A stretch of DNA of 62,610 bases, the filler included, from Globobulimina sp. (lineage: Eukaryota), in NCBI GenBank assembly GCA_003354225.1. It is 27 parts of 27 records of this genome, joined end to end, with 100 filler letters (N's around TTAATTAATTAA, not from the genome) between each part and the next. Parts side by side here need not be neighbours in the genome. Positions count along the whole stretch, not along the records: positions 37,171 to 39,393 come from PIVH01008087.1; positions 39,494 to 41,715 come from PIVH01008088.1; positions 41,816 to 44,037 come from PIVH01008089.1; positions 44,138 to 46,359 come from PIVH01008090.1; positions 46,460 to 48,681 come from PIVH01008091.1; positions 48,782 to 51,003 come from PIVH01008092.1; 21 more parts are not named here. The stretch is one strand, 5' to 3'. Under the pieces are notes generated by a model. The model saw only the letters and a program-made list of their open reading frames with translations. It was not told the origin of the DNA and made no database searches. Made by a program: the position numbers and the translations under genes. Positions 37,313 through 50,384 of the stretch are shown here, one piece after another; position 1 is the first letter of the stretch; every line of letters starts with the position of its first letter.

Positions 37313-39393
37313 TTGCTGTTCAACCTATACTGCACTTGGATGTTTGCGCATATTTTGGTGGTGCAATACAAGCACATCATCAGCACCGACAGCTTCCTCA
37401 CTGACGTCCACGACGAGATGTTGAGCAGCGTCTATTTGATGAGGAAATTCTCAATGTTCTCCAGTATATTGTCGTCCATTTATCTCTCCATATTCCTGAT
37501 ATCCTCAAACATCGCCATCGTGATCTATCTGCCCATATTATGGAGCATCTGCTGCGTCTCATTCACTTTGAATTTTGTACGTAATCGACAGTATATTTTC
37601 AACCAATTTTATAAAATAAAACACTGTCTCATCATCAATAACTTCTCGCTCTCGTCAACCACCAAGGACTTAAAAGATAAAATAGTGTATGCCTCCAAAC
37701 AAATGGTTGCAAACGATAGCAACCACTTAAATAATATCGAAAATGGCAAATGTTTGCAATCGCCGACAGAGAATGGCAGCATCGCTGATCTTAAGCGCCA
37801 ACACACCAAAAACAACATGTTTGTCAACGACCTCATGCATAATGACAAAGGCGGCCATCATCTCAAACTACGCAATGACTGCACACTGTCGACGACCACA
37901 GCCACCACACCGACTCCACAAAAGAAGCATAACTCCTTATTCGAGGCCACTGCAACGGACACATTGCCCACTTTGAAAAAGAAGCAAATCTCAATGATAT
38001 CCGAGATATCCAATGATATGGACATCGATGAGGATGAGGAGGCGGAGGGTACCGATGTCGACGACGACGATGAGGAAAATGGCTGTTTTGCCACAGGCAC
38101 GCCGAGCAGCGATATATTAGTAAGCAGCGAGTCGCCGTTAAGTAAGTCGATGGTTATGAACGATGAGCATTGCCATTATATCAAGAAAGGTTTGCATCAA
38201 ATCTCGATCACCGCGCCAGAGACCATCTCATATTTGTCGACCTCCAGCAATGTGAATATGAAAAGGAACATCTTGCTGCCAAATTTAATCCGCACCAGGA
38301 GTGCCACCTTGGATGCTCCAAACAAAACAACTGAGCATAACGCCCAGCAGACGTTGGGTATTATCAATATTTTAAGCGACGAGCAGGAATGTGATGAGAT
38401 TATCTTGCATCCCATGATAAAGACACGTAGCGATAATCGCGTGGTGGTAAAGCCGAATAAAAGTGTTGCTGTCAACAGTACGGCACATCGTTTTGCACCG
38501 TATCAGAATATTTATAGTCAACCAACTCATATAAATTATAAGTTTGACCTCGCAAATGGTGTATTTAAAGGGAACGATACGGAGAGTAATCACAAGAAAG
38601 TAAAGCATAATATCAATATATCCGGAATGGTGATAAGATCCTGTGGCCATACACCGCAGTCCACGGGTATTAATATATGGAATGTGAATAAATTTAATAA
38701 TCACATAACAATTACTGATACGAATGCAGCTGCGGAGGATAAATATGATGCAGATGAAGATGATGCGGATTCATTGGGCAGTGTAGCTATGTTTGTTAAT
38801 GATATTGCTCTGGATCTTGATATTGAACATACGCCGCAGGCACCGTACACACCGCATGCACCGCAGACGCCACATACACCGCAGCATAGATGCAAAGCAT
38901 TGGAGTTATTGGGCATAAACAGCAACGAAAACAGTGCTACATTGCAACGGCATGTACTAAAGAATAATCCATCGCTTTCTGGCAAAAGTAATGTGGGCAA
39001 TAAACGACGTAGACATACCCCGAAGTTGTCATTCATTCATAAAATAAGTAAAAGTAAAAGCAAACACGAGACGAAAATTAAGAGTGTGTCTGATCGCCAT
39101 CCATTTTTCGGCGTTACCACCAGCTCAAAACAACCCGTTTTGACACAATCGACCTCGCAACATTTGGAATTGAATGTGAATGCAAAGAAGAAATGCAAGG
39201 ATACTCCGAAGAGTTTAAATAATTTAAATATCAATAGTTTCGAACGAAATTATAGCGACAATTCAAACAAATCGTTTTCTAAAACATTGACGCAGTCCGA
39301 ACTGAGGAATATTGTGTACGATGAAAATGATGTGATATTAATGGAAGCGATCAATAACAAGAAAGAAAATGAATGCATGACACCAAATATGAA
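37313..39393 (+). CDS. Membrane protein fragment: last TM helices and a very long disordered tail
   Basis: Open for about 690 codons, with hydrophobic segments at the start and an HTPQAPYTPHAPQTPHTPQ repeat. Confidence 0.65.
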
Positions 39394-39735
39394 NNNNNNN
39401 NNNNNNNNNNNNNNNNNNNNNNNNNNNNNNNNNNNNNTTAATTAATTAANNNNNNNNNNNNNNNNNNNNNNNNNNNNNNNNNNNNNNNNNNNNTACTTTT
39501 TACTATTACTGTATATGCATACCGCTCTATATAACTTAGATTGCATTTTTACTCTGTGTATAGTTCTGAATTAATAATTATTAATATAATATGAATGTTT
39601 TAGAATATAAATAACATTTTTACCCAGCCTCGACCAGTCATCTATCCAATGCTTTTTAACCTCCGATTATCAACTTTATTTTTGGCAAACCTTTTCAGTC
39701 AGACTTCTATTTAACACACTACTATTCGGTAACCT

Positions 39736-40066
39736 GTTTTGCTTCTATCTCACATACTAGGTTAACAATACGTCAATTTAACCACATTCGTATGATGCAT
39801 ATGGATCGAACCCTCTATATTTTATAGTGGGGGGTTAGCGTCAAATATGGATTTACGCGCTATATTTTATGGGAAAATAAGTTCTCTATTTTTACTCAAT
39901 TTAATTCAATAACTTGAGTAATCATAAAATATAGCGCGTCAACCTATATTTGACGGCAAACCCCGCTATAAAATATATTGGGGCCGATCGGTACGTACCT
40001 CTCGATCGTGGTTAATAACCAATATTTTTACTTTAATTTATCTAGCCTGCGAGACAGAAACAAAAC
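39736..40066. mobile_element. Old foldback/MITE-like element with diverged arms of about 135-145 bp (39736-39871 and 39923-40066)
   Basis: Left ...tatattttatagtggggggttagcgtcaaatatggatttacgcgctatattttatg; reverse complement of the right ...tatattttatagcggggtttgccgtcaaatataggttgacgcgctatattttatg. The outer ends also match (gttttgcttctatctc / gttttgtttctgtctc). Confidence 0.75.
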
Positions 40067-40469
40067 TAGCTGCTGACAGCATTTGCTATAACGTGATCGA
40101 TCTCGTTCTGATCGTAGAGACGTCTGCCGCGAAGCGACAGAAGCTGGCGAGTCGTGCATTTAAAAATATCTCTTGTTAAAATGATCAACTCACGTTAATG
40201 AACAGCTCTGTTGTTGTATGTATGATAACGTGATAAATATACGGCTAAATACTCGTAAAATTCATAACGTTTACAAATATGCATTCCGCAACTATTTATT
40301 TAAGTCAAGTAATTTTAGAGTTCGGCATTATTACCGAAATGTTGGCCTGATAGCCAGTTTCTAGTGTTTGACATTTAGAATCTGGTGTATTACTGTACCG
40401 TGGCATTTGTTTTATGGTGTTCGTAATATATAGAGTTTGTTTAGCTTCTTTTTTCGATTTTTGGTTCCG

Positions 40470-41715
40470 AAATCGATATCTATGTTTTTAATTTCAGCTC
40501 CGACCGATTATTATTGCCCGAGTTATGTTTATTTTTATACTTTCGAATTTACGTTGCGGTCGGTCGTGAACTGTAATTTACGGTCCTAAAATTTTTAGTC
40601 CCAAAATAAAAATTTTTGGAAAATTTGTATTTCAATTTCGGGTCGATCAGCCAGCTATTGGTCGAGTTTTGCCTACTTTACGTTTTTGGGTCGATTTATT
40701 CCCGATCCGTCCCTTTGAGGTGTTTAGTGTGGGTTAGACACAGTATTCGTTTTTTCGTGCCGGGACCCCCCGTTTTTACCGTATTATATCGGGTATCAAT
40801 ATCATTTTTTTAATTTCAGCTCCGGTCGTTTATTATTGGCTGAGTTATGCCTATTTTTATACTTTCGAATTTACGGTCCGTCGGACCGTATAAATTGTAA
40901 TTTACAATACTACTTTATAGGCCCAAAATTGTTAATTTGGAACATTTGTATTTCAATTTTCGGTTCGATCGGTCAACTATCAGTCGAGTTATGACTATTT
41001 TTACGTTTTTGGGTCGATTTATTCCCCATTCTGCCGTTTGTTCTATTTGGTTGCTATAGTAACCCCTTTTTAGGTTTTCGTGGCAGGACCTTAGACTGCT
41101 TATAACAATTTGGACTAACTAATATTAACAATGGTCTACCATCGTAATTCGTATTTCAACTCGATCGGTCAATTTTTGACTGAGTTAGAGCTATTTTACG
41201 TTTTTGGGTTGGATTATTTCCCGATCCGGCAATTTAGGATATGGGTTGGGTTTGGGTTATTACCGTATCCCATTCTGGGTCTTGCCACGATTACCGCTTT
41301 GCATGTAATCGCTGTGGCGATCCTAAAATTCTATGGTTGATATATTAATTTACGGGCCTTATCTCTGTGTGTAAATAAATACAGTAACCTCGGGTCCTGG
41401 CACGATTATATGATATAGTCAAAACTCGGGCAATATTAATAGATTGAAGCTGATATTAATAACTCATGAAGTCTAATTTTTGATTTCGGGCCAATACTTT
41501 TGAATTACATGCATCAGACAACCACTATTTCATGCAGCAGGCGACCACTATTTCATTTACCATGCAAAATAACTCCAATTTTTCGAAATATTGTGTTTCA
41601 TTTTTCAGCTCGATCGGTCGATTTATGGCCGAGTTATGACTATTTTACGTTTTTGAGTGGATTTATTCCCGATCCGCCCGTTTGGGGGTGTTTAGTACGG
41701 GTTACTGTAGTTTTC
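40470..41715 (+). repeat. Diverged repeat array: about six copies of a 60-70 bp core, the first four forming two ~322-bp dimeric units
   Basis: Core tttcagctcgatcggtc...gagttatg.ctatttt(t)acgtttttgggtcgatttattcccgatc near 40492, 40636, 40814, 40957, 41153 and 41602. Confidence 0.8.
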
Positions 41716-41848
41716 NNNNNNNNNNNNNNNNNNNNNNNNNNNNNNNNNNNNNNNNNNNNTTAATTAATTAANNNNNNNNNNNNNNNNNNNNNNNNNNNNN
41801 NNNNNNNNNNNNNNNCTACATATACAGTATTGCACTAATTAAAAACAG

Positions 41849-44037
41849 AAATTTATAACGAACGCTTGCGTGATTTACTAAACCCCAAACAAACGCCTTG
41901 CATTCGCGAGGTCCTAATCCACAAAAAATACGTTCCAATCATGCAAAACGTGACCACTGAGCACGTCAACAATTTGGAAGAGTGCATGGCTGCCATCCGC
42001 ATAGCCACCGCCAACCGAACCACTGCGAGAACCAATCTCAACGCCACCTCTTCGCGCTCGCATATGGTGATGAGATTGATCGTGACCATACAGACTAAGG
42101 ATGGTATGAAAAAAACGGGTATTGGGAACTGGGCAGATTTAGCTGGCAGCGAAAAGGTGAAAAAAACCGGTGTCAAAGGTATGCAGTTAAAAGAAGCAGG
42201 CAATATTTTAAAATCATTGTCGGCGTTAAGTAATGTGATTGATGCGTTGGAGAAAGGTCGCAAACATGTTCCCTTTAAGGATTCTAAACTCACGTTTATG
42301 CTGAAAAATAGTTTGGGTGGCAATTGCATGACCACTTTGTTGCTGTGCGCCTCTCCGAGTATGCAGAACAGAGAGGAAACGATCAGAAGTATACAGTTTG
42401 GTATGCGGTGCAGGAATGTGCAGAATGTGGTGTGTATCAATGAGGTTCGCAGCAAACAACAACTGATCGCAGAGAACGAGAAACTGAAACTGGAGATATC
42501 TGCATTGAAATGCAATGTGATCGCAGCGGAGGGCATTGTGAATGAGAAGTTGCATGAGTTTGAAATGGAGAATTTTGATTTGCTGGAACAGAGTGAAAAA
42601 AGCGAACGTAATATCGAGGTGTTACTGCAACAGATACAACAAATGAGTGTGGAGAGAGACGAGCGGAGGGAGAGAGAGAATGAATTGAACAATGAGTTGG
42701 AAGTAAATTTGAATGAATTGCATGAATATCAACGGCAGATTAAAGATTATAAAATAAATGTCGATGACTTAGGAAAGGAGAATGAGGGCATACAGCACGA
42801 AAATAAGGAGTTGGATCTGAAAAATCAAGAGTTGAATGTGGTTGTTACCGCATTGAATGAGGAGAGAAATGGATTGAGGTTAAAATATGAAAAGTTGCAG
42901 AATGAAAACAGTGAGTCTGAGAAACGAATTGTTTCATTGAAATCTGATTTGAAACAAATGGAGACTTTAAAACAAGAATTGGTTGATTTGAATTTGAAGC
43001 AGCAACATTTTGAAAAAGAAGAGTTGAGTTTGAAGCAGGAACAGTTGGTTGATATCGATGTAGGTTTAACAGTGACAAAAGATGTTGAAGAAATTAATGA
43101 GATTTTAAATGAATTAAATGATGAGAAAAATAAAAGTGAATTGAAAGAACAAGAATATAATAAATTGTTGTTCCAATTTGAAAATATAATGATTCAACTC
43201 AAAAACGAAAAAAATAAAAATGAAAATTTGGAAGTCAGTATGAATAGATTTGAGATGCAAACTGAGACATTAACCAAAGAAAAATATGAAATTAAAGATA
43301 AACATCGAGTGTTATATGCGGAATATAATGAGTTAGAAGAGAAATTTAATACATTCCAACAAAATATTAACATAGAAACGGATAAATACACTCAAAATAT
43401 CACGCAATTAAAATATCGAATGCACCAACAAAGCCAAGATAATGTTGCCTTATTATCCAAGTTAAAAAGTATTGAAAAATCTCAAGTAGAGCACGAAAAT
43501 GCATTTGCAAACAAATTGGAAGAGTTAGAAGTTGAAAGCGAAGAATTGAATGCAGAAATTAAAAAACTGCAACAAATAAATCAAGATCTCGAACTTGATA
43601 AAGATTCATTGGAAGATGAAGTAATTGAAGAAAAACAAGAAGAAGAAGAAGAAGATAATAATAATCCAATTAATAGTTACAACACCGAGGAATTTGAAGA
43701 GAAATATAAAGAGGAAAAGGAAAGTGATTGGCATTTTGGACATGCCCGCACCCGAAGCAGTGCCTGCATTCGTATCCCAACGGGGTTTAATGTATCAAAT
43801 ATATCAAATATAGCAATAAACATTACAACGCCTAACAAGAATGACACGTTATATGATGATGATGGTGATGCGGCAGCATTGGATAAATTAGAAGCGGAAT
43901 TAACATCAAATATATCTGGCTTAGCTACCTATCGACGCAAAAAACGCAAAAAATATAAAAAGCGTAATTTGCCAAAATCAATGACAATATTAGAGACTGA
44001 GGAGTTGGACAAGTTCAATAAATTATTATCACCGCGG
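41849..44037 (+). CDS. Kinesin: second half of the motor plus a long coiled-coil stalk; both ends incomplete
   Basis: EIYNERLRDLL after an acag acceptor, NATSSRSH, DLAGSE, HVPFKDSKLT. Confidence 0.93.
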
Positions 44038-44202
44038 NNNNNNNNNNNNNNNNNNNNNNNNNNNNNNNNNNNNNNNNNNNNTTAATTAATTAANNNNNNN
44101 NNNNNNNNNNNNNNNNNNNNNNNNNNNNNNNNNNNNNGTACTGTACGTTTATTTTTTTTAATTTGTTATGTTTGTTATTTGACATTTTTGGACTTTTCAT
44201 AG

Positions 44203-45229
44203 GTGAAATCAATACATGCTCCAAAGATAATTCGTGAAATTACTAAATTGAAAAATAATGGCGGAGCAAAGGTAATGGTGATTTCACAAAATGTGACTGA
44301 TTTTAATGTGGAATCTACAGAAAATAAAATGGTGCTGCAGTTGAAAAATGATTTGAATGCATTGAAACTCGAAATAAATGGACACAAGAACAATAATATG
44401 AGTCTACCATCGGCGTTATCATTATCAATACAATCGTCAACATACAGCGACAAATCCGCTGCAGGAATGTTCTATTTTTTATAATTGCAATACTGTATAG
44501 TTTGTATATTCTAAATATACTGTATACAAATGTTATACTCCAAACTATAACGTATAAACCAAAGAAACATTAGATATTTTATTGCTTTTTCAGATCATAG
44601 TAACCTTTTTCCGCGTACACAAGTTCTGAAAATGTAATAACATACAAACTAACCCAATAGGCGCACTTTGGTTGTCTCACCATGCCCGAAATGAAAGCAA
44701 TCAAAGCATATATTCGGAAGGCGATATTACCAACAAACAGAAATATATAAAATCGCTAGAAGTCAAAACCGCAGAGTTAGAAGCAAAGAATCGTGAGCTG
44801 TCTGCTTTATTTTTTCGCGCCGATAAGAATTTACAGGAATACAGCTCAGCGATTGTGCCGTTTCAAGAAAGAATCAGTTCATTGGAAGCACAGAATGTGA
44901 AACGAAAAGGGACCATCGACAAATTAAACAGAAGAATATATCGCAGGAACCAGACTATTAAGAGCATGGCGCAAAAACAGTTGCAACAAAGTGTGACTGC
45001 GCAGTATGGCCATCCCATACCGACACAACCGGTACCAAAGGCCACTAAATACAGACATAGGAGCAACCAAAGCGGCGGCGTTCGATTGACACAGCAGAAC
45101 CTATTAAATCATCATCGCATTGTCAAGCTGCCGTATGACCATCAATACGCTAAGTCGGTGACTTCAAATGATGACAATTCTATTGTTGGCTCATTAACTT
45201 CTCTGGCTTATGGATTATGGGGCAATTAA
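44203..45229 (+). CDS. Coiled-coil protein, 3' exons (structure uncertain)
   Basis: Protein-like ORFs 44203..44484 and 44672..45229 are separated by AT-rich intron-like sequence. Confidence 0.45.
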
Positions 45230-45683
45230 GTAATATTTATTAATATCTTCAAACTGACAAAATGATTTTTATTTTTTTTGTTTGTTTTCCACTGTTTGCG
45301 TGTTTTTGTGAGCATTTCAATGCGTTTCCTGATGATACATAACACCAAATTAAAAAGGAAAAAAAAAGATATTTTGCTTGTTTGAATGAGACATTATCTA
45401 TTTATTATATATTTTTTTTCTTGGATTATTGTGAGTGTTTTCTTTTTTATATTGTTAATATTTCCGTGTCACTTTTTTTTGTTGCCTTTTTCTATTGTAA
45501 TCCCATTGTACTCCTCGACTGCATGTATAACCATATTCTATTTCTTTGTCATCGTTTTTTGTTTGTTTAATATTGGCTATTTATTAGCTATCCGTTAGCT
45601 ATAGCAGTATAGCTCAATTTTCGTTTTTTATTTTAATTAATATTTTTAGCAGAAACTAACTATTAAACCTGCAGTATAGCACC

Positions 45684-46359
45684 ATGTGCGCCTTGTTTTA
45701 CTTCTTAAGCGTGCTATCAATCGTACTTAGTGATCATGGTTTACATAAATACAGAGTTAGCGATGAAATGCCATCAAGACAAGATTTATTATACGTTACA
45801 AACGATGATTTATCCTCAAAATTCAAAGTAATATCAAAACATTTATCCACTGGCTCAGCAGTATTATTTGAAAAATGCAATCCTCGATCATTACGGCCAA
45901 TATTATCCGATGCTAAATTCCCAGTTTCTCCGGACGAAACCATTCAATTTATGATGCTTCATTGGTATATCAATGAGAAAGGCTATAAAATCTATCATAT
46001 CAAAGAATATGATCATTATAAATTAAGTCAAGGGGCGATGCGAAACAGTGCCGGTGCAGTAAAATTATATAACAATGTTTCAGGCACAGTACATTCAATA
46101 AAACGCAGTGTATTATTTGACCAATATATTGCAGATATTTTAGACTATACCGAACAATGTGTAATTAAACATGAATGCAGTCAACATATCAATATCTGGT
46201 ATAAAAATAACGGGTTCAACGATCAAAACGGAATGCAACCAACCAATGCCTCCGCAGTATGGGGTAAAATCGAGACAACTTTGTATTATGCAGGACATGA
46301 CTCATTTAACTCGTTACTACCATACAATACCTATATGTATGCAAATGCAAACCCGTCCA
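45684..46359 (+). CDS. Secreted hypothetical protein, 3' incomplete
   Basis: Signal-peptide-like MCALFYFLSVLSIVLS; the frame is open to the contig end. Confidence 0.65.
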
Positions 46360-46459
46360 NNNNNNNNNNNNNNNNNNNNNNNNNNNNNNNNNNNNNNNNN
46401 NNNTTAATTAATTAANNNNNNNNNNNNNNNNNNNNNNNNNNNNNNNNNNNNNNNNNNNN

Positions 46460-47517
46460 CATGGATATTGAGAAAGGGCAATACGGCGGTACCTTAGATA
46501 ACCGTTTATTGTTTTCTCTCTGTGCTCTGTGGTCCACTCTTTTCGCACTTCCTGGTATGTGTATATAGTTATAATTGGTTATAAATGTACAAATGAAATA
46601 TATTTCTGCTATATTCCAGCATATATCTCTCTGAAATCACGCAGAAAGCCGCCACTACCAAAATCGGCATCACTTTGCACAGTATCTATTAAAGATTATT
46701 ATAAGGTGTTAAAAACTGCTACAAATTATCCAAATTTATTTTGGTGTTTGATTGCGTGGTTTATATGGAGGTATTTTGTATTTAATTTGTATGTGCATTT
46801 TAATATTTATACAAATACAAATAAAGTGATGCTATTGGTACTACGATGGCGATTGGTATGATATTCATGACAGTTGAGTTGAGGATGTCATCCCTTCAAA
46901 TAGTGGTGCTTTTGCTTGAATGGTGTATTTTATCCGTACCCTGTGCACTTTTTTTTATTTGGGTCAGTAAAAAATGGAACGTATCAAATAAAAGTTTGGT
47001 TGTCTTCCATTTATGTGTCAATGCATTGTTACCGTTATGGGTGGTTTTGAGTTTATTCCCGGGGTCTCCGGTCGGTTTGGTCCATGTCTGGGAAGTGTAT
47101 GTCATCGCCGGTGTACTTCTCGGATCACAGACGGGCTCTTTATTCGCAACTTCATTGTCGTTGTATGCCCATTTGATACCAATCGGACAGGAATCGCAGT
47201 TCTTTGGTTTATACGCAGTGACTGACAAAGGGAGCAGTTGGATTGGCCCTCTTTTGGCGACAGTAGTTTCAAATATCTCTACAATGAGATATGCTATGAT
47301 TTACGTCATATTTTTTTATGTTATTTCAATTCCGATATTGCATTTTGGTGTGGATTATGATCAGGGAATGATTGAAAGTGGAAGGCTCGTGGCGAAGAAA
47401 CCGTTATCAAACCCTGAGGATTCATTTGCTGCAAGTCCGGTTTCGCCAACATCTGCCTCTGAACTAAATACTGCTGCTCCCACCATTGCCGTTCAAATGA
47501 TGAATATGAAAGTGTAA
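46460..47517 (+). CDS. Atg22/UMF1-family MFS transporter, 5' incomplete; introns 46555-46619 and 46771-46826
   Basis: LWSTLFALPA..LKSRRKPPLP, AWFIWSDAIGT, SLYAHLIPIGQESQFFGLYAVTDKGSSWIGP (Atg22 signature). Confidence 0.85.
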
Positions 47518-48085
47518 ACAAAGATATTTTTGTTATATGTATACTTAATAAATACCAAAATATAGACAGGATTATGAATTAATTATTTTCTTATTTTTGT
47601 TGATGTACAGTATACTTAATTATTTTTTATATATTTTCTTGATTTTTTGTTTTTAATTGAAAATATTTCGTTTTTGAAACATCAGCTATGCACATTGGCC
47701 ACGTCCATAAACCCATCATTAAAAAGGAATATATGTCGGGAAATGAAAAATTTGTTAGCAAAACATGGCTCTCTATTCCGCCTGTAATTATTTATTACGT
47801 ATTAATTATAGATCAAAGTACAACATATTATTGAATACATTTTGAAATAATAAGCCGACTCACTATTGTTGATTAGATATCCGGCGTTTATCTGACTCTG
47901 AACTAGTCAGATTCAGCTGGGCTCACAGGATTTCGAGTGCGGTGATTGAGCGTTTTTTCCCTGATCGAGTGACATTTTTGCCCTATCGACTGCAAGTAAT
48001 TATATGAATGGACGACATCAATCCTTTCAACAGTTGACTCAATTACAATGATAAAAATTGTACAAGATTTAATCCATTTATATAA

Positions 48086-48681
48086 TTAATTCATCATTGC
48101 TTCCAATTCAGCCAACTCATCCTCAAGTTCATCAGCTTTTGGCTGTACCAATGGTTTAACCATTATATGTTCCATCTCCTTTGTTTGGTTCAGAGCGTCA
48201 TTGATATCCTCAATCAAAAGGTCTTGAGATTCAGTGCCTATTTCCCGTATATTCCGCGTTGTTGGTCGCCGTCGCAGATAATTTTGATAACATAAATGCG
48301 AATCCTCCAATGCCATTGTTTGTGTTTCCAGATTCAATTTACTGCGTTGTATGGAATGTAACTGATTTTCATATTCTTTTTTCTTTCTTAATTGCAACAA
48401 AGCACTTTTCTTATCATATTGTTTGGATTTCTCTTTTGCTTTTTGTAGACATCTGTCTATTTGCCGCAAAATATGATCTTCTCGTTTTTCTAATTTTTGC
48501 ACAGCGGACCGGATGGTTGATATTGGCGCACTGCATCGGGGCTTACCGTTGTATATATTAAAGTGGTCCATTATATCTTTGTTGTTTTGCATCGCTGCGG
48601 AAATATCATTCATTGCATTTTGAAACATGGCACTTGTTCTATTGGTGGACCATCGCAGTGCCCAATGAGTGCTATCATTAA
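48086..48681 (-). CDS. Divergent Snf7/CHMP4-like ESCRT-III domain with an N-terminal extension and no C-terminal tail; 5' incomplete
   Basis: LEKREDHILRQI...AKEK...DKKSALLQLRKKKEYENQL...NLETQTMALE...DELEDELAELE then stop. The frame is open upstream to the contig edge. Confidence 0.75.
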
Positions 48682-49093
48682 NNNNNNNNNNNNNNNNNNN
48701 NNNNNNNNNNNNNNNNNNNNNNNNNTTAATTAATTAANNNNNNNNNNNNNNNNNNNNNNNNNNNNNNNNNNNNNNNNNNNNATTTGTGATCATGAGTATA
48801 ACTAAAAGTGCAACATCCATTTTAATTAGAAGAATTTATATTAGTATAAAAGGGTTACTAATAAATTCTTATTAGCTTTTATTTAACACAACCAAAAGAA
48901 GTCAAAGGAATAAAAAACACACTATCGGATTCATCATAAACTTCACAAGTATTTCTACCTTTACAGTTCATTAAACTATTCTTTAAATTATTAATCCAAT
49001 TCAAAACTTTTCTCAAATTAGTAGCATCAACATTTTCCTTTTCTTCTATCATTTTAATAGAATCAAGTTTTTTATGTAAATTAGCAACAAACA

Positions 49094-50314
49094 ATGCTTC
49101 ATCATTCGCTCAGAAAGGCACATAAATCTGCACGCGCTCTTAACCTGACCTTACAACAATCAATCGAACAAACTCCATTCCACCCATCATCCATTGGATT
49201 GCCATCGGATTTTTTATTAACATCGATTGCCAGTTTGAAAGGATGATCCTCTAAAATCCCTCAGAATGAATTAATAGCATTGCTGGAGGGAGTCGTAGGT
49301 CCATCGCAAGAGGACTCAATGTTGGACTGTTCAATCATAAAATGTGCAAATAATTTGAATCTCATATCATCCACAGACTATTTCTACCCTTTGGTGGCTG
49401 ACCCATATGTTCAAGGACGCATTGGTGCCACCAATGTAATCTCCGATATTTACAGTTTGGGCATTCCAAATATTGACAATATATTAATGATTCTTGCCGC
49501 ATCCACAGACATTAAAAATAAACAGCACCGCAACATAATAACATCGGAAATGATTTCTGGTTTCATAGATTCGTGCTTTTTAGCCAAGACTCGAGTGACT
49601 GGCGGCCATTCCGTCAACAATCCATGGCCAATAATTGGTGGCTGCGCGCAAACAGTGGTGACTGACGAACAGTTTATATCGCCATTTAATGGGCAATGCG
49701 GTGATTATTTGGTGCTGACAAAGCCTTTGGGCACACAGCTCACTGTAAATATGGATGAATGGAAGTCATTAAATGATGAGAAATATAAACAAGTAATCTC
49801 GGAAAATGTTATTGATGATGGTATAATTGATAAGATTGCAAATATTGGCAAAGGGAGTATGATGAAATTAAATCGCAATGCGGCCGTTTTAATGATTAGT
49901 GATAAATACAAGCAATATGTAAACGGTGCAACTGATGTGACTGGATTTGGCATACTCGGACATGCCCAGAACTTAGCAGTTCATCAGTATGGTAATAGAG
50001 GCAATGATGGCGACGGCCTGCAATTAGTTATTGACAGGTTACCAGTTATAAAATATAGCAATATTATTGATAAGTTTTTTGATGGAATGTTCAATTTAGA
50101 GAAAGGTTTTGCTGCTGAAACAAGTGGAGGTTTGTTGGTGATGATAAGTGACAAATATGCGGCAAATGATTTTATTGAAGAATTGTGGGAATTGGATGGT
50201 TGGCCCTCATGGATCATTGGAAAGGTTCGGAAGTATGACTGCAATGACACAATTACGATGAGTGAGGCGGCCATTATTGATGATAATTTTGAGTTTATTG
50301 AAGTTTATGGATAA
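49094..50314 (+). CDS. SEPHS2: Selenophosphate synthetase 2 (SelD/SPS2), a selenoprotein with TGA=Sec at 49244-49246 (residue 51 of 406 from ATG 49094)
   Basis: PFHPSSIGLPSDFLLTSIASLKG-U-SSKIPQNELIALL lies in frame upstream of ORF 49280. Family motifs STDYFYP, DPYVQGRI...NVISDIY, GGHS..NPW.IIGG, LVLTKPLGT, ATDVTGFGILGH and ETSGGLL follow. Confidence 0.95.
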
Positions 50315-50384
50315 GATAATGAATAATGAATATTAAATGGACTGTTTGCTAGTTGCTACTCTGTGGTTTTTATATTGATAACAA

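Noticed and set aside
41853-42692. 279-aa antisense ORF and many similar short overlapping ORFs
   Set aside because: They are shadows of real genes on the other strand or frame, with no independent motifs.
47880-47995. GC-richer island with small hairpins and an ATTTTTG Sm-site-like word, considered as an snRNA or tRNA
   Set aside because: No U1, U2, U4, U5 or U6 signature and no cloverleaf could be matched, and the stems are short. An Infernal/Rfam scan would settle it.
48879-49094. 71-aa minus-strand ORF as a separate gene
   Set aside because: It has no ATG start, overlaps the SPS2 start, and matches no family I recognise. It may be a gene relic or a chimeric fragment.
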